DNA of 44,867 nt from a virus (lineage: Duplodnaviria; Caudoviricetes), in IMG/VR virus record IMGVR_UViG_3300046061_000023, positions 1 to 44,867 of that record, one strand, 5' to 3'. Under the pieces are notes generated by a model. The model ran no database searches, was not told the origin of the DNA, and saw only the letters and a list, made by a program, of their open reading frames with translations. The translations under genes and the position numbers were made by a program. Position 1 is the first letter of the stretch, and each line of letters begins with the position of its first letter. This document shows positions 8,983 to 18,798 of this stretch, one piece after another.

Positions 8983-9471
8983 TTACAGGTCACTTCCGAT
9001 GTCGTCTTTCAACGCCTGCCGATCCGCATACTGGTCGCCACGCGCCAGGACCGTGAAGCGGATGCCGATCCGGGCGGTGTCCTGGACGTACCGCGTCTGA
9101 TCGTCGACGTCGTCCAGCGCGACCCACAACCCGGGCGTCGCATCGACGTCGCTCCCCGGGGCGAGTTTGACGATGATGCTGTCGACGCTGGCGCTGCTGG
9201 GCGTGTGTTCGCTAATCCTGGGAGTGCCGTCGATGGCGTCCGTAACTACGTACCGGCCCGCCCACCGGGTGTATTCCCGAACGTCCCTGTACCGGTCGAT
9301 ATGCCCGGTGTCAGTGGAATCCTGCGTGTTCTGGAAGAACACGAAGTCCAAGCTGTACGTTTTCCCGGCGCGGTATTCCGGCATATCGGCGTCGATCCGG
9401 TCGACCAGCACGCCGTCGTCTGACCGGTCCGGGTCGAACGTCCATTCCCTGTCGCTGATGGCTACGATCAT
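8983..9471 (-). CDS. Putative distal tail (Dit-like) protein
   Basis: 162 aa, directly after the tape measure gene; call is by synteny only. Confidence 0.5.
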   Translation of the reverse strand: MIVAISDREWTFDPDRSDDGVLVDRIDADMPEYRAGKTYSLDFVFFQNTQDSTDTGHIDRYRDVREYTRWAGRYVVTDAIDGTPRISEHTPSSASVDSIIVKLAPGSDVDATPGLWVALDDVDDQTRYVQDTARIGIRFTVLARGDQYADRQALKDDIGSDL

Positions 9472-9474
9472 GCG

Positions 9475-11883
9475 TTACTGTGGTTCCTGTCGCCGTGTTC
9501 GACGGGTGTCCTGTCGGTTCTGTCGGTCCTGGTTCTGTTCGACAGCGTCTTCGATGAACCGCGCCAGCGGGTTGTCGCCCTGGACGTCCAGGACCGCGCG
9601 GACGGCCTGTTCGTTCTGCTGTTGCTGTTGTTCACGGTTGATCGACCGGCGTTCGGCGTCCAGCCCGGTGTCGACGTCGACGTCGTCCAGCGTCCCGACG
9701 TTGACGCCGTCCACACCCGGGATTTCACTCACTTTCGCCGCGACATCGTCCAGCGTCGACAGGAACGCGTTGATCGCGTCAACCGCGCTATTGATGAAGC
9801 CTTCCAGGGCGTTCTCCATCACGCTGATCACGCCGTTCCAGACGGCCAGCAGGACGTTGTAGACGGTGTCGCCCCAGACCTGTATCTGCGTCAGCATCGT
9901 CGCCAGCGCCCCGACCAGGAAGTCCATCATCGCGGTCCAGGCGTCCTGGAACAGCCCGCCGATACCGGTCAGGATGCCGGCGAACGCCTGCACTAACTGC
10001 GGTCCCCAGTCGCCGACGATCCCCAGGATGCGGTTGATGTACCGGTCGACGAACCCGGCGATGGCGTCCCAGGCTCCGCCCCAGTCGCCCTGTAGAATAT
10101 TCAAGAAGACCAGGACGGTCGTGATGATGGCGTCCAGCGCCGTGCCGATGACGGCGATGATGATGTCGAAGGCGAACCTGACGACCGCCATGATGGTTTC
10201 GCCGTGTGCTTCCCAGAACGCCGCTAACGCCTGTAGCGTGGGTCGGACGATGGACATGATCGCGTCGATGGTTTCGCGTGTTTCGCGGACTATATCGTCG
10301 AAATTGGCCGCCCAGACCCGCGCCAGTTCGTTGATTAATGGGGCGGTGAAGTTCAGTAAGACGAACCTGATGACTGGCAGGACGACGGTTCGAAGGATGT
10401 CGACGACCGATTCCATCGCCTCTATCGCTGTCACCGCGAACGCCGCGAAGTCCTCCGCTGACAACGCCCCGCTGATGGCGTCACCGGCGGGCTGTATCGC
10501 GCCAAGGAAATCTTCCACGACGCTGATGACGGCCTGCACCCCCTGCACGATACTGTCTACAAGCCCGGACACGGCGTCGCCGCCGCCCAGGTCCTGGAAC
10601 GCGACGCTGAAATCCCTGATGAACGACGTCACCGCGTCGATGACCGGCGATAATGCGTCGATCAGGTTGCGGAGCGTGTCCATCAGGCCGCCCAGGGCAT
10701 CGTTCGTGGCTTCTTGGATGCCCATGAAGTTCGCCCGGTAGGCCGCCGCGAACGCCGCCACGGCGGCCACGGCCAGCCCTATCGGTCCGGTTAATGTGGC
10801 GACCGCGGACGCAACGCTGAAAATGGCCGGTGCAGTAATCGCCGCCGCGACCGCCAACCGTCGCAGGCCGTCGTCCAGCGACAGGACGAATTCGGCGACG
10901 CCGTCGATGATGTCCGCCAGGTCAGCGATGGCCGGCAGGACGATGGTCGCCGCGACGATCCCCAGTTCGTGCAGCGTCGGAAGGAGGTCGGCGAACGACC
11001 CAGCGATGGCCATCAGGGGGTCGGTCAGTCGTTCGGTTGCCCGCGTCATCGCGTTCCAGATGCCGGGGCCGTTCTGTATCAGCCACTCCATCACGTCGAT
11101 CAACGTCGGGAGGGCGATTTCCGCCAGGTCGAACAGGAACCCGGTCAGCATCGGGATGGCTTCGGCGGCGGTCTTCCCCAGCTCCCGAATTGTGTCAGCG
11201 AACTGGTCCAGCGGCCCCAGGCTGTCGACGATGGCCTGGACCAGTTCCGGCAGGGCGCGGACCGCATCGACCAAGAGCGGCCCGAACACGTCCCCCAGCG
11301 GTTCGATAATCTCCATGATTTCGCCGCGGACGTCCTGGAACGCGGCTTTCAGTTCGTCCATGTGCGTGACGACACCGACCGCGGTCAACCCGCCCAGGAC
11401 GCCTGCCAGCCCGACCGCTGCCGCCGCGACGACGCCCAGGACTGATGCCAGCGGCAGCAGGATCGTCGACAGCGTCAGCAGACTGGGGATCAGCGACAAC
11501 ACCGCGACGGTCGATAAAGAGGACATAGCGACCGACAGCCCGCCCGTCGACACGGCCAGGCGACCGAACAGCCCGGACGTGACAGCGGCGCTACGCCCGG
11601 CGTCGTCCAGTTCGTCCGCCGCTTCATCAGCGCGGCTTTGAACCACCTGCATCGCCGCCGCCAGTGTCTCTGCGTCGCTTGTCGTTCCTTCGATGGCGTC
11701 GCCGGCGACTGCTGCCGACGTCGTCGTGTCGTCCAGTTCGTCCCCGACTTCATCCATCGCCGACTGCGCCGGTTGGGCTGACCGGGACAGGTCCCCAAGT
11801 TCGTCCCCGACGTCATCGACGGCCTGCTGGGCCGCGTTTGTGAACGCGTTGATCAGTATCTCTACTTTGGCGCTTTCCGGCAT
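9475..11883 (-). CDS. Tail tape measure protein
   Basis: 802 aa, Ala-rich amphipathic helices, periodic W/F (GDWGGAWDAI), follows the chaperone pair. Confidence 0.9.
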   Translation of the reverse strand: MPESAKVEILINAFTNAAQQAVDDVGDELGDLSRSAQPAQSAMDEVGDELDDTTTSAAVAGDAIEGTTSDAETLAAAMQVVQSRADEAADELDDAGRSAAVTSGLFGRLAVSTGGLSVAMSSLSTVAVLSLIPSLLTLSTILLPLASVLGVVAAAAVGLAGVLGGLTAVGVVTHMDELKAAFQDVRGEIMEIIEPLGDVFGPLLVDAVRALPELVQAIVDSLGPLDQFADTIRELGKTAAEAIPMLTGFLFDLAEIALPTLIDVMEWLIQNGPGIWNAMTRATERLTDPLMAIAGSFADLLPTLHELGIVAATIVLPAIADLADIIDGVAEFVLSLDDGLRRLAVAAAITAPAIFSVASAVATLTGPIGLAVAAVAAFAAAYRANFMGIQEATNDALGGLMDTLRNLIDALSPVIDAVTSFIRDFSVAFQDLGGGDAVSGLVDSIVQGVQAVISVVEDFLGAIQPAGDAISGALSAEDFAAFAVTAIEAMESVVDILRTVVLPVIRFVLLNFTAPLINELARVWAANFDDIVRETRETIDAIMSIVRPTLQALAAFWEAHGETIMAVVRFAFDIIIAVIGTALDAIITTVLVFLNILQGDWGGAWDAIAGFVDRYINRILGIVGDWGPQLVQAFAGILTGIGGLFQDAWTAMMDFLVGALATMLTQIQVWGDTVYNVLLAVWNGVISVMENALEGFINSAVDAINAFLSTLDDVAAKVSEIPGVDGVNVGTLDDVDVDTGLDAERRSINREQQQQQNEQAVRAVLDVQGDNPLARFIEDAVEQNQDRQNRQDTRRTRRQEPQ

Positions 11884-12189
11884 TTAGCGGCCCCCTGAAC
11901 GTGGCTGCCCGTCGCCCCCAGTATCGGTGTCCTGTAGGGCGTCCAGTTGATCGTTCAGGCTGGGCTGGCCGTCCTGCTGTTCGCGCTGATCGGCGCGGGC
12001 GTCCTGCTGTTCAGCCAAGTCTTGTCGTTCGCCGTCGGTCGCCGCGCCAGCGGACCCGGACTGTTGGGCGTGCCGTCGCTTGTCGGCTTCCCAGGACGCT
12101 CCCGCGGCGCGTATCTGGGCGTTCATCCAGAAGTCCCAGGCCGGTCGTCGCATGATGTCGGTCGGAAGCATCCCGTAGTCCTGTCCCAT
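11884..12189 (-). CDS. Tail assembly chaperone, C-terminal extension (GT-like), probably reached by +1 frameshift
   Basis: YGMLPTDIM...DFW motif; the frame is open back through TTT CGC at 12221-12226. Confidence 0.7.
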   Translation of the reverse strand: MGQDYGMLPTDIMRRPAWDFWMNAQIRAAGASWEADKRRHAQQSGSAGAATDGERQDLAEQQDARADQREQQDGQPSLNDQLDALQDTDTGGDGQPRSGGR

Positions 12190-12214
12190 CAGGTGCGCGG
12201 CGATGGCGATGTCG

Positions 12215-12643
12215 TTACCCGCGAAACTTTTCGTCAGCCGCCTGTTCCAGTTCGTCCTGGTCCTGCCCGGTCATCCCGGTGATGACCAGCATCAGGTCGT
12301 TCGCCGTCAATACTCCTAAGTCAAAGGTGCCGTCGCCGGCGTCGCCCCAGTACGCGTTCGGGCGGAGGACGTTCGGGATGACGACGTCTTCGATGAAGCC
12401 GTTCAGGTCGCCGTCCCGGACGACCTGTTCCATGTCGACATCGTCGTCCTGGCCGCCCATCATGTCCATCACGCCGTAGCTGTCCATGTCGCGGAGTAGG
12501 GACAGCGGTGGGACTTCCCGGACTTCCATGTCGCCGTCGCCGTCGTCCAGTTCGACCCAGCGGGTTTCGTGAACCTGCTGTTCGTAGTCGTCCTGTTCGA
12601 CGACCCGCCGGTCGCCCGGGTCGGTGGTTGGTTCCGTCGCCAT
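12215..12643 (-). CDS. Tail assembly chaperone (G-like)
   Basis: 142 aa acidic protein upstream of tape measure; ends AAG TTT CGC GGG TAA. Confidence 0.75.
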   Translation of the reverse strand: MATEPTTDPGDRRVVEQDDYEQQVHETRWVELDDGDGDMEVREVPPLSLLRDMDSYGVMDMMGGQDDDVDMEQVVRDGDLNGFIEDVVIPNVLRPNAYWGDAGDGTFDLGVLTANDLMLVITGMTGQDQDELEQAADEKFRG

Positions 12644-12666
12644 ACGACTGCGTCCGTCAGCGTCGT

Positions 12667-12692
12667 CCTTAGTCCGTGGTGACGACGTGGCC
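12667..12692 (-). promoter_or_regulatory. Late promoter motif, copy 2
   Basis: CCTTAG...GTGACGACGTGGCC; TATA-like box 26 nt from ATG 12643. Confidence 0.7.
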
Positions 12693-12720
12693 CCGGGGTC
12701 GTTCCCGAAGAAATAGGTCG

Positions 12721-13347
12721 CTACTGGAACGACCGGCTGCCGCCATCGGTGTCAATCACGCTGTCGCGGACGTCGTCGTACCAACTTTCGCCGTACAGCT
12801 TTGCGATGTCCTGGTTCCGGTGCGGCCAATTACTTTCCACGATGGACACGAATACGTCTTCATCGACAAACCAGGTGTCGCTGGTTTCGGACGGGTTTTC
12901 GAACGCGATATGGCGTTCCTTCAGCATCTGCTTGTACCGGCGTAGCGTCGGCGCAGACGCCCCGGCGACGTCTTCAATGGCGGCGTTGATGACGCTTTCA
13001 TGAACCTTCAATGCGTCACCGGCTTCCTGCTGGATGCGGGCGTTGATGTCGTCCAGACGGTTCAGCGTCGTCGCCGAAGGTCCAGATGTTTTTTCTTTTT
13101 GGGCCTGCTGGCCGTCATGGATGTCCCGCAGGGTTTCCTGGACATTACCCATGTCCTGTTCCAGACGCCGCAGTCGGTCGTTCACGTCCCCGCCGTGGCT
13201 GGCGTCGATGTATTCCCTGATGGCGTTTTCCAGTTCGCTCCCCAGATGTCCGCGGACGGTCCCACGTCTCTCTTTGACGTCGGCGCGGAATTCGTCCCAT
13301 AGTCGGTTCGATACTTTCGCCCCAGGCTGAATTCGGTCGTCCGACAT
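12721..13347 (-). CDS. RHH + coiled-coil + winged-HTH DNA-binding protein (regulator or plasmid-type replication protein)
   Basis: N-terminal QPGAKVSNRLWDEF...ELENAIREYI (RHH-like); C-terminal AIEDVAGASAPTLRRYKQML (HTH-like); has its own TATA box. Confidence 0.55.
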   Translation of the reverse strand: MSDDRIQPGAKVSNRLWDEFRADVKERRGTVRGHLGSELENAIREYIDASHGGDVNDRLRRLEQDMGNVQETLRDIHDGQQAQKEKTSGPSATTLNRLDDINARIQQEAGDALKVHESVINAAIEDVAGASAPTLRRYKQMLKERHIAFENPSETSDTWFVDEDVFVSIVESNWPHRNQDIAKLYGESWYDDVRDSVIDTDGGSRSFQ

Positions 13348-13351
13348 AGGC

Positions 13352-13383
13352 GGTTAGCCTAACCTTACGCTATCGTCTTATAG
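13352..13383 (-). promoter_or_regulatory. TATA box (CTATAAG) with palindromic operator GGTTAG-C-CTAACC
   Basis: Inverted repeat 13352-13364 lies between the TATA box (13377-13383) and ATG 13347. Confidence 0.55.
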
Positions 13384-13416
13384 CTTCTTCTTCTAATCTT
13401 AATCTAAGTTAATAAG

Positions 13417-13447
<31 letters not shown>

Positions 13448-13600
13448 AGTATCCGCGTCGAAAGCCTATTTGTTCCACCACCACGTTGTATAGCGGTTTC
13501 AATCCGAGGGGGCACACCCGGCCCTGTTGATCGTCGGTTTCGGTGAAAAAAGAAAAAACGTCCAAATGTTCGGGAAGACTGACGGCTGAAGCGTCGCCGG

Positions 13601-14608
13601 TCAGTACCCCGACAGGACGCCGTTCGTCAGGGTGATTTCGACTTCCGACCCCAGACCGCCGACGTCGACCAACGCCCGGAATTCGACGTCTTCGGCAACC
13701 AGGTCGTTCTGGTTGATCTGGGCTTCGTGCGTGTTCACCGTACACTTCGGCGCGTTCCAGTCCAGTTCATACACGGTTGAGGTGCCGCCGATGGTTTCTG
13801 GCGACGTCCAGGTCGCGTTCACCGCGACCGTCGCCAGGCGTTCCTGGACGTCCGTCGCGTTCGCCGCGCCCAGGAACTGATCGAAAAGCGTCCGATCTTC
13901 GAAGTCCAGCGTCGCCGTCATCGACACGACGCGTTCCCCGATGTCGACCTTCCCGGCGGTACGGGCGTCCCTGATCAGGGGGTCCAGGTTGTTTTCGATG
14001 GATGCGCTGAATTCCTGAACGTCTGGTTCTTTCGACGCGCCGGCGATGTCGAATGCTGCGTCGTTGAACCGGAAGTTTCGAAGGTCACTGTAGGCCGGGG
14101 TCGACGCCGATACGTCCGGGTCCGGGCCTGCGGCGACCACGTCCACCGACGCTGTCAGCTTTTCTTCCGCCGTGTGCGACAGTTCCAGGGTATCGACACC
14201 GCAGCCAAGATGCCGGACGACGTCCGTGTCACGGTCTATCTCCATCGACAGCGCGTCCAGCGTGTCCGCCGGAGTGTAAACGTGTTCACCGACGTCGTCC
14301 ACGCCGTCGCCGTCAGGGTCGGTTGCGGTAAACGATTCGGTTCCCAGTGCGCCCAGTAGCAGTAGCCCCAGGCCGTTTTCGGGGTTCGCGGGGAGGTCCA
14401 GCGACCCTTCGTCGGTGATCGGGCCAGCTTCGCCTTTGTACGTGCCGCGGGCGCGGGTCGTGTTCTGGAAGTCCGGGTTGTTATCCAGTGAAAACCCGTC
14501 GCTGACAGCGTCGACAAAGACGCTTGGGTCGACGCCGTCCGCGTAGGTTGCTTCTTTGCCGATGCCGACGTAGCCCCGGAACGACTGGGGCGTTTGTCCG
14601 ATGCTCAT
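13601..14608 (-). CDS. Major tail tube protein
   Basis: YVGIGKEATY start, GCGVDTLELS, FSASIENNL motifs; 335 aa; position in tail module. Confidence 0.85.
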   Translation of the reverse strand: MSIGQTPQSFRGYVGIGKEATYADGVDPSVFVDAVSDGFSLDNNPDFQNTTRARGTYKGEAGPITDEGSLDLPANPENGLGLLLLGALGTESFTATDPDGDGVDDVGEHVYTPADTLDALSMEIDRDTDVVRHLGCGVDTLELSHTAEEKLTASVDVVAAGPDPDVSASTPAYSDLRNFRFNDAAFDIAGASKEPDVQEFSASIENNLDPLIRDARTAGKVDIGERVVSMTATLDFEDRTLFDQFLGAANATDVQERLATVAVNATWTSPETIGGTSTVYELDWNAPKCTVNTHEAQINQNDLVAEDVEFRALVDVGGLGSEVEITLTNGVLSGY

Positions 14609-14631
14609 GTCTGGTTAGTCCGGTTCGATGG

Positions 14632-14655
14632 TGTTAGGTGGGCGTGACGCGGTGG
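14632..14655 (-). promoter_or_regulatory. Late promoter motif, copy 3
   Basis: TTAGG at 14634, GTGACGCGGTGG at 14644; 26 nt from the tail tube ATG. Confidence 0.65.
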
Positions 14656-14657
14656 CG

Positions 14658-15128
14658 TCAGGCATCGCCGTCACCGCCAGCGTCGACGCTGTCGTCGCTG
14701 TCGTCAGCGTCAACAGTGTCGAACGGGTCGGCGTCTTCATCATCGTCACGCCCGGGGTCGTCGTCCCCATCGGCGTCCCCGTCTGTGTGTTCGGTGTGGA
14801 CTGACCGATGCGATGCTTCAGCCTTCGGCGTGTCGAAGACGTCACCACAGGTGTCACCGTCGTCGACGGGCTGTTCGCAGGCGATGCCCCAGCCGATCAG
14901 GGGGTTCGATTCGACCAGTGCGTCCGCGACGGGCCGGGCGACTGCATCGTCCGGCGGGTCGTCGCTATCGGTGTCGACGACCGGCAGCGGCTCGTGCGCG
15001 ACCTGGCCGCCGCGATGTTCGGTTTCGAACCGGACACCATAGCGGTCGACCGTGACGCTGGTCTGCGGGCCGCGGAACTGGATGTAGTCCCGTCCGTCGC
15101 TGTTGTCTTTTGGTAGTTCGCGTGGCAT
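14658..15128 (-). CDS. Hypothetical protein with C2H2-like zinc finger and acidic tail
   Basis: C...CGDVFDTPKAEASHRSVH. Confidence 0.65.
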   Translation of the reverse strand: MPRELPKDNSDGRDYIQFRGPQTSVTVDRYGVRFETEHRGGQVAHEPLPVVDTDSDDPPDDAVARPVADALVESNPLIGWGIACEQPVDDGDTCGDVFDTPKAEASHRSVHTEHTDGDADGDDDPGRDDDEDADPFDTVDADDSDDSVDAGGDGDA

Positions 15129-15131
15129 GGG

Positions 15132-15629
15132 TCAGTATCTCCGTTCGACGTCGACGCTGAAGGTTGCCTGTCCGCTGCGGACCTGGGCGCGGTTGGTCCC
15201 TGGGCTGACGCCGATGTCCATCTGGACGCTGTCCAGCAGGACTTTGGACGCGTGCGCCGTGCCGGTGTCGTCGACCAGCGCGCTGCCTTCGACGTTGTTC
15301 ACGACGCGGCCCAGCAGGCCGCGGGCTTTGTCGAAGGCCGCTTTTGCGTTGGTGTCCTGCGCGAACAGGAACACCTGGATTTCCAGGTCGCCGTGGTCTT
15401 CGCTGACGGTCGCATAGCTGGGGGTGTGGGACTGCGCCAGCGACCAGGCGAACGGGTAGGCGTTCTGCGCCGCCAGTTCTTCTTCCGTTGTCGGCCCGAC
15501 GACGTGATCCTGGACGGGGGTCAGGTTGCCGTCCTGTAGGTGGTCGTCGATGGCTTCCCTGCGGAACTGATCGACGACGTTCTCCCAGAACCGGTTGAAC
15601 CCCTGCGGGCTGGATAGGTCGACCGGCAT
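15132..15629 (-). CDS. Tail terminator/completion protein
   Basis: Synteny; YPFAW and LEIQVFLF beta pattern. Confidence 0.6.
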   Translation of the reverse strand: MPVDLSSPQGFNRFWENVVDQFRREAIDDHLQDGNLTPVQDHVVGPTTEEELAAQNAYPFAWSLAQSHTPSYATVSEDHGDLEIQVFLFAQDTNAKAAFDKARGLLGRVVNNVEGSALVDDTGTAHASKVLLDSVQMDIGVSPGTNRAQVRSGQATFSVDVERRY

Positions 15630-15634
15630 GACGG

Positions 15635-16186
15635 TTAGATGCCTCCGGCGGTCAGGCGGGCGATGCTGTCGCGGAGTTCGTCGCCCGCGATGTCGTCGAC
15701 TTGGGTCTTCCAGTCGTCGAAACTGTCTTCGACCCAGTCGTTCGGCGCTGACTGCATCCCGTCATCAACCAGGCTATGCGCCAGCCGGGCCGCCGCGGCG
15801 ACGGTCGGGTCGCCCCATTTCGCCCCCGTCCAGGCCCTCAACGGCGACAGCGGAATGGGGTTGTCGCCGCCCGGGCGGTTTTCGTCCGTCCATTCGGGGT
15901 CGTCGGCCAGGATGTCGGCCAGCAGGATGTTCTCCCCGCCGACCCGCTTCCGGGGGCCGATGGTCGCCCGGAGGCCGTCCCGGTTGAACTGCGTCCTGAT
16001 GGTTTCCCGCATATGGATGTCGCGGCCAGCGCCCTCCGGCGCGTTCGACTTCAGTTCACCTTCCGCCAGGACGGATAACTGCCGGATGGCGCGGGTCGCC
16101 GCGTCGTCGACGGCGTCCGGCAGTTGGTCGATCACGTCTGTCGCGTCGTCGATGTCGACGACGATTTTCGTCGGGTTCTGCGACAT
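15635..16186 (-). CDS. HK97 gp10-like tail completion/neck protein
   Basis: ELKSNAPEG...MRETI...PNDWVEDSF pattern; synteny. Confidence 0.65.
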   Translation of the reverse strand: MSQNPTKIVVDIDDATDVIDQLPDAVDDAATRAIRQLSVLAEGELKSNAPEGAGRDIHMRETIRTQFNRDGLRATIGPRKRVGGENILLADILADDPEWTDENRPGGDNPIPLSPLRAWTGAKWGDPTVAAAARLAHSLVDDGMQSAPNDWVEDSFDDWKTQVDDIAGDELRDSIARLTAGGI

Positions 16187-16191
16187 CTGTG

Positions 16192-16656
16192 TTAGTTCCC
16201 CCGATGGATCGGGCTATTCTGTTTCCCGCCGATGACGCCGCTGAAGCCGGACACGGTTTCGCCGGCTTCGCCGGATGTTTCGCTCCCGGACGTGAGGTCT
16301 TCTTTTCGCTTCCAGTCTTCGAAGGCTTCGTCGGCCTGCTGTTCCAGGAAGATGTGTCGGTTGTCGTCGTTGTTCGACCCTTGGACGTTCTGCGCGTAGG
16401 CCAGATGCGCCTTCGACGCCGCCAGGTACGCCGTCGCGTCCCGAAGCAGCGGCGGCACGGTATCGGGGAGGTTCGCGTCTGACGGTTCCGTCCCGGTGGC
16501 TTCCGCCCAGCGGGCTTGCATCGACCGCGTCGCCTGGTCGATGCGGCGTTCGTGGTCGGGTTCGGTGTTCCTGACTTCGATGTTGAATTCCGCCTGGACG
16601 TCTGGACTGGTCGCCCAGTAGTCGTCGCCCAGGTCGGCGTCGGTGACTTCAGGCAT
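16192..16656 (-). CDS. Head-tail adaptor protein
   Basis: YWATSPDV...IDQAT...VPPLLRDATAYLAA, typical of gp6/gp15-type adaptors. Confidence 0.7.
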   Translation of the reverse strand: MPEVTDADLGDDYWATSPDVQAEFNIEVRNTEPDHERRIDQATRSMQARWAEATGTEPSDANLPDTVPPLLRDATAYLAASKAHLAYAQNVQGSNNDDNRHIFLEQQADEAFEDWKRKEDLTSGSETSGEAGETVSGFSGVIGGKQNSPIHRGN

Positions 16657-16658
16657 GG

Positions 16659-17258
16659 TCAGGCGTTCCCTCCGATCCGCGGGGGGTGTCGGTCCTGGTC
16701 CTGGCGGTGGCGCTGGCGAAGCTGGGGCTGATCAACCGGGAGGTCTGGCGGTTGGCCTGACAGGATGCGGGCGACCCGATCCTGACAGCGACGGGTCGCG
16801 GCATCCGAACCGTCCGGGTCAGGACGGTCGCCGTCATCCCCATCGGCCCCCGGGCCGGCGGCTCGCTGGTCGGCATCGTCGTCATCCCGCGGGTCACGCC
16901 GGGGGTCTGCCGGCGGCGGGTCGCGTCTGGTCATGTCCCGGGGTGGACGGTTGTGTTCGGCAGCGTAGGCTTGTTCTAACCGGCGGGCGCGGTTCTTCAG
17001 GCGTTCGACCGCGTTTTCGGCTGCGTTCAGGCGTTCGGCGTTGTGGTCGATCAGCAGGTTCTGTTCCTGCGTGGTCAGGTCGGCGTCGTCCAGGCGGTTG
17101 TCGCGGTCTTTGACGTTGGCTTCGACTTCTTTGAGCCGCGGCTGGATGACCATCCTGATGTAAATCAGGATGGTTGCGCCGACCAGGACTGTAGCGACCG
17201 GGTCCAGCCATTCAGCCAACCGGACCAGGTCATTGATCCCGACCATCGCAGGTGTCAC
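16659..17258 (-). CDS. Single-TM coiled-coil protein
   Basis: Hydrophobic VATVLVGATILIYIRMVI followed by heptad repeats. Confidence 0.6.
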   Translation of the reverse strand: MTPAMVGINDLVRLAEWLDPVATVLVGATILIYIRMVIQPRLKEVEANVKDRDNRLDDADLTTQEQNLLIDHNAERLNAAENAVERLKNRARRLEQAYAAEHNRPPRDMTRRDPPPADPRRDPRDDDDADQRAAGPGADGDDGDRPDPDGSDAATRRCQDRVARILSGQPPDLPVDQPQLRQRHRQDQDRHPPRIGGNA

Positions 17259-17698
17259 CCCTGGTTCAGTGCGTCACGGCGGTCGTCGATGGCGTCCTGA
17301 ACGGTCGCGTAGTCGTCGCCGTCTTCGTTCGCGGCTTCGATGGCGTCCAGGTAGTCATCAACTTCGCCCGCGTCGATAGCGTCGGCCTGGTCTGACGCGG
17401 ACTGGGCGACGAACGCCTGGACGAAGACGTCCGGGTCGACCTGCTGGGCGGCGGACGCCGCATCAGCGTCGTCACCGCCACCGTTGTCGTCGTCCGGGTC
17501 GGTGAGCCCGGCGTCCTGGGGCGTGCCTTCGACCCAGCCGCGGTCTTTGTACCGTTCGACGCGGTCGGCGTCGTCCAGTTCGACTGTCGCGTAGCCGTCG
17601 CTTGACGTTTCGAAGGTCGGGTGTTGGCCCTGGTCGTCGGTGACGTCGCGGTCGACGAACGTGCCGCGCCGCGGCCAGGTGAGGGTGGTTCCTGACAT
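17255..17698 (-). CDS. Hypothetical acidic virion-module protein
   Basis: Directly downstream of the capsid gene; acidic, 147 aa. Confidence 0.65.
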   Translation of the reverse strand: MSGTTLTWPRRGTFVDRDVTDDQGQHPTFETSSDGYATVELDDADRVERYKDRGWVEGTPQDAGLTDPDDDNGGGDDADAASAAQQVDPDVFVQAFVAQSASDQADAIDAGEVDDYLDAIEAANEDGDDYATVQDAIDDRRDALNQG

Positions 17699-17701
17699 GG
17701 C

Positions 17702-18796
17702 TTAGATGTCTTGGATCACGACGAAGTTGTCGCCGCGCATGATGTGGAACCCGATTTCTTGTTTCGCCGCGAACCAGGTGACCAGCGGGTCGTTCTCCGT
17801 CCAGGTCTGGGTCATCCAACCGTTCGCGCTGTCGACGCTGACGTCGCCGTGCGGGGCCTGCTGACCCATTTCGTTCAGACGGTCCAGGAACCAGGGCATG
17901 AACGCCGACGCCTGGCCGGGCGCGGTGATGACGATGTTGCGGACGTTCGTGGTGCCGTCGTGCGGTTCCAGGACGTTGTCCCGGGCCGCGTTCGCGGGGT
18001 CCGCCACGACGTCGCCGGATGCGTCGACGGGTTCGCCGTCGCTGTTGAACCGCGGCAGTTGCGTGCGGATGGGCCTGATCCGGTCGATCTGGAAGCTGTC
18101 GGCCAACTGCTGTTCGGTCAGCGCGGCGATGCTGTCGTAGTCGCTGGCCAGGTCGTCGTTCAGCTTCATGTCGCGGACGACGTTGGGACTCATGTAGGCC
18201 GTGATGCTGCCGGCCTGTTCCAGCGCCGACCCGTCCTGGCTGATCAGGCTTTCAGCGTCGATGAAGTCGTTCAGCGGCGTGCTGTTCGCGGAGTCGCCGT
18301 ATGCGGTCGATGGCGTCAGGACGTGCGAACTGGGGATTTCGGGGTGGGCTGTCGCGCCCTCCGTCCCGATGATCCCGTTGATGTCGCCGTTGATCGTGCC
18401 CTGCCAGGCGACCTGCGCCCGCGTCATCAGGACGTCTTCCATCAGCGCGTCGCTGATGGCGTTGAACAGGTTCAGGATTTCGCGCTGACTGTTCAGTTCG
18501 GTGTCGACCCCTTTCTCCGCCTGAATCTTCTTCTTGAACGTCGACACTGACAGGTCGCGTTCGCCCAGGTCGCCGATGTCGCCGACGGGGCTTTCGGACG
18601 CCAGGTCCGTCTGCCGCATCGTCGTCCGCAGCCCGTCCATCGTGAAGTGCGTTTCACGACTGTCGGACAGTTCGACCAGCGGGAAGATTTCCGACGTGAC
18701 CAGTCGGTTCCCGCCGTCGATCTGCTGGAGTTGTCGGACGATACGGTTCTGGATGGCTTCGGGGCTTCGAAGGTTCGCTTCGCGTAGCGTGAACAT
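17702..18796 (-). CDS. Major capsid protein (HK97 fold, lambda gpE-like)
   Basis: 364 aa from ATG 18796; IFPLV, TPLNDF, YMSPNVV, TWTENDP motifs; follows scaffold and decoration genes. Confidence 0.85.
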   Translation of the reverse strand: MFTLREANLRSPEAIQNRIVRQLQQIDGGNRLVTSEIFPLVELSDSRETHFTMDGLRTTMRQTDLASESPVGDIGDLGERDLSVSTFKKKIQAEKGVDTELNSQREILNLFNAISDALMEDVLMTRAQVAWQGTINGDINGIIGTEGATAHPEIPSSHVLTPSTAYGDSANSTPLNDFIDAESLISQDGSALEQAGSITAYMSPNVVRDMKLNDDLASDYDSIAALTEQQLADSFQIDRIRPIRTQLPRFNSDGEPVDASGDVVADPANAARDNVLEPHDGTTNVRNIVITAPGQASAFMPWFLDRLNEMGQQAPHGDVSVDSANGWMTQTWTENDPLVTWFAAKQEIGFHIMRGDNFVVIQDI

Positions 18797-18798
18797 GA

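Noticed and set aside
16659-17258. Holin or lysis assignment for the membrane proteins
   Set aside because: Only hydrophobicity supports it; no recognisable lysis family motif.
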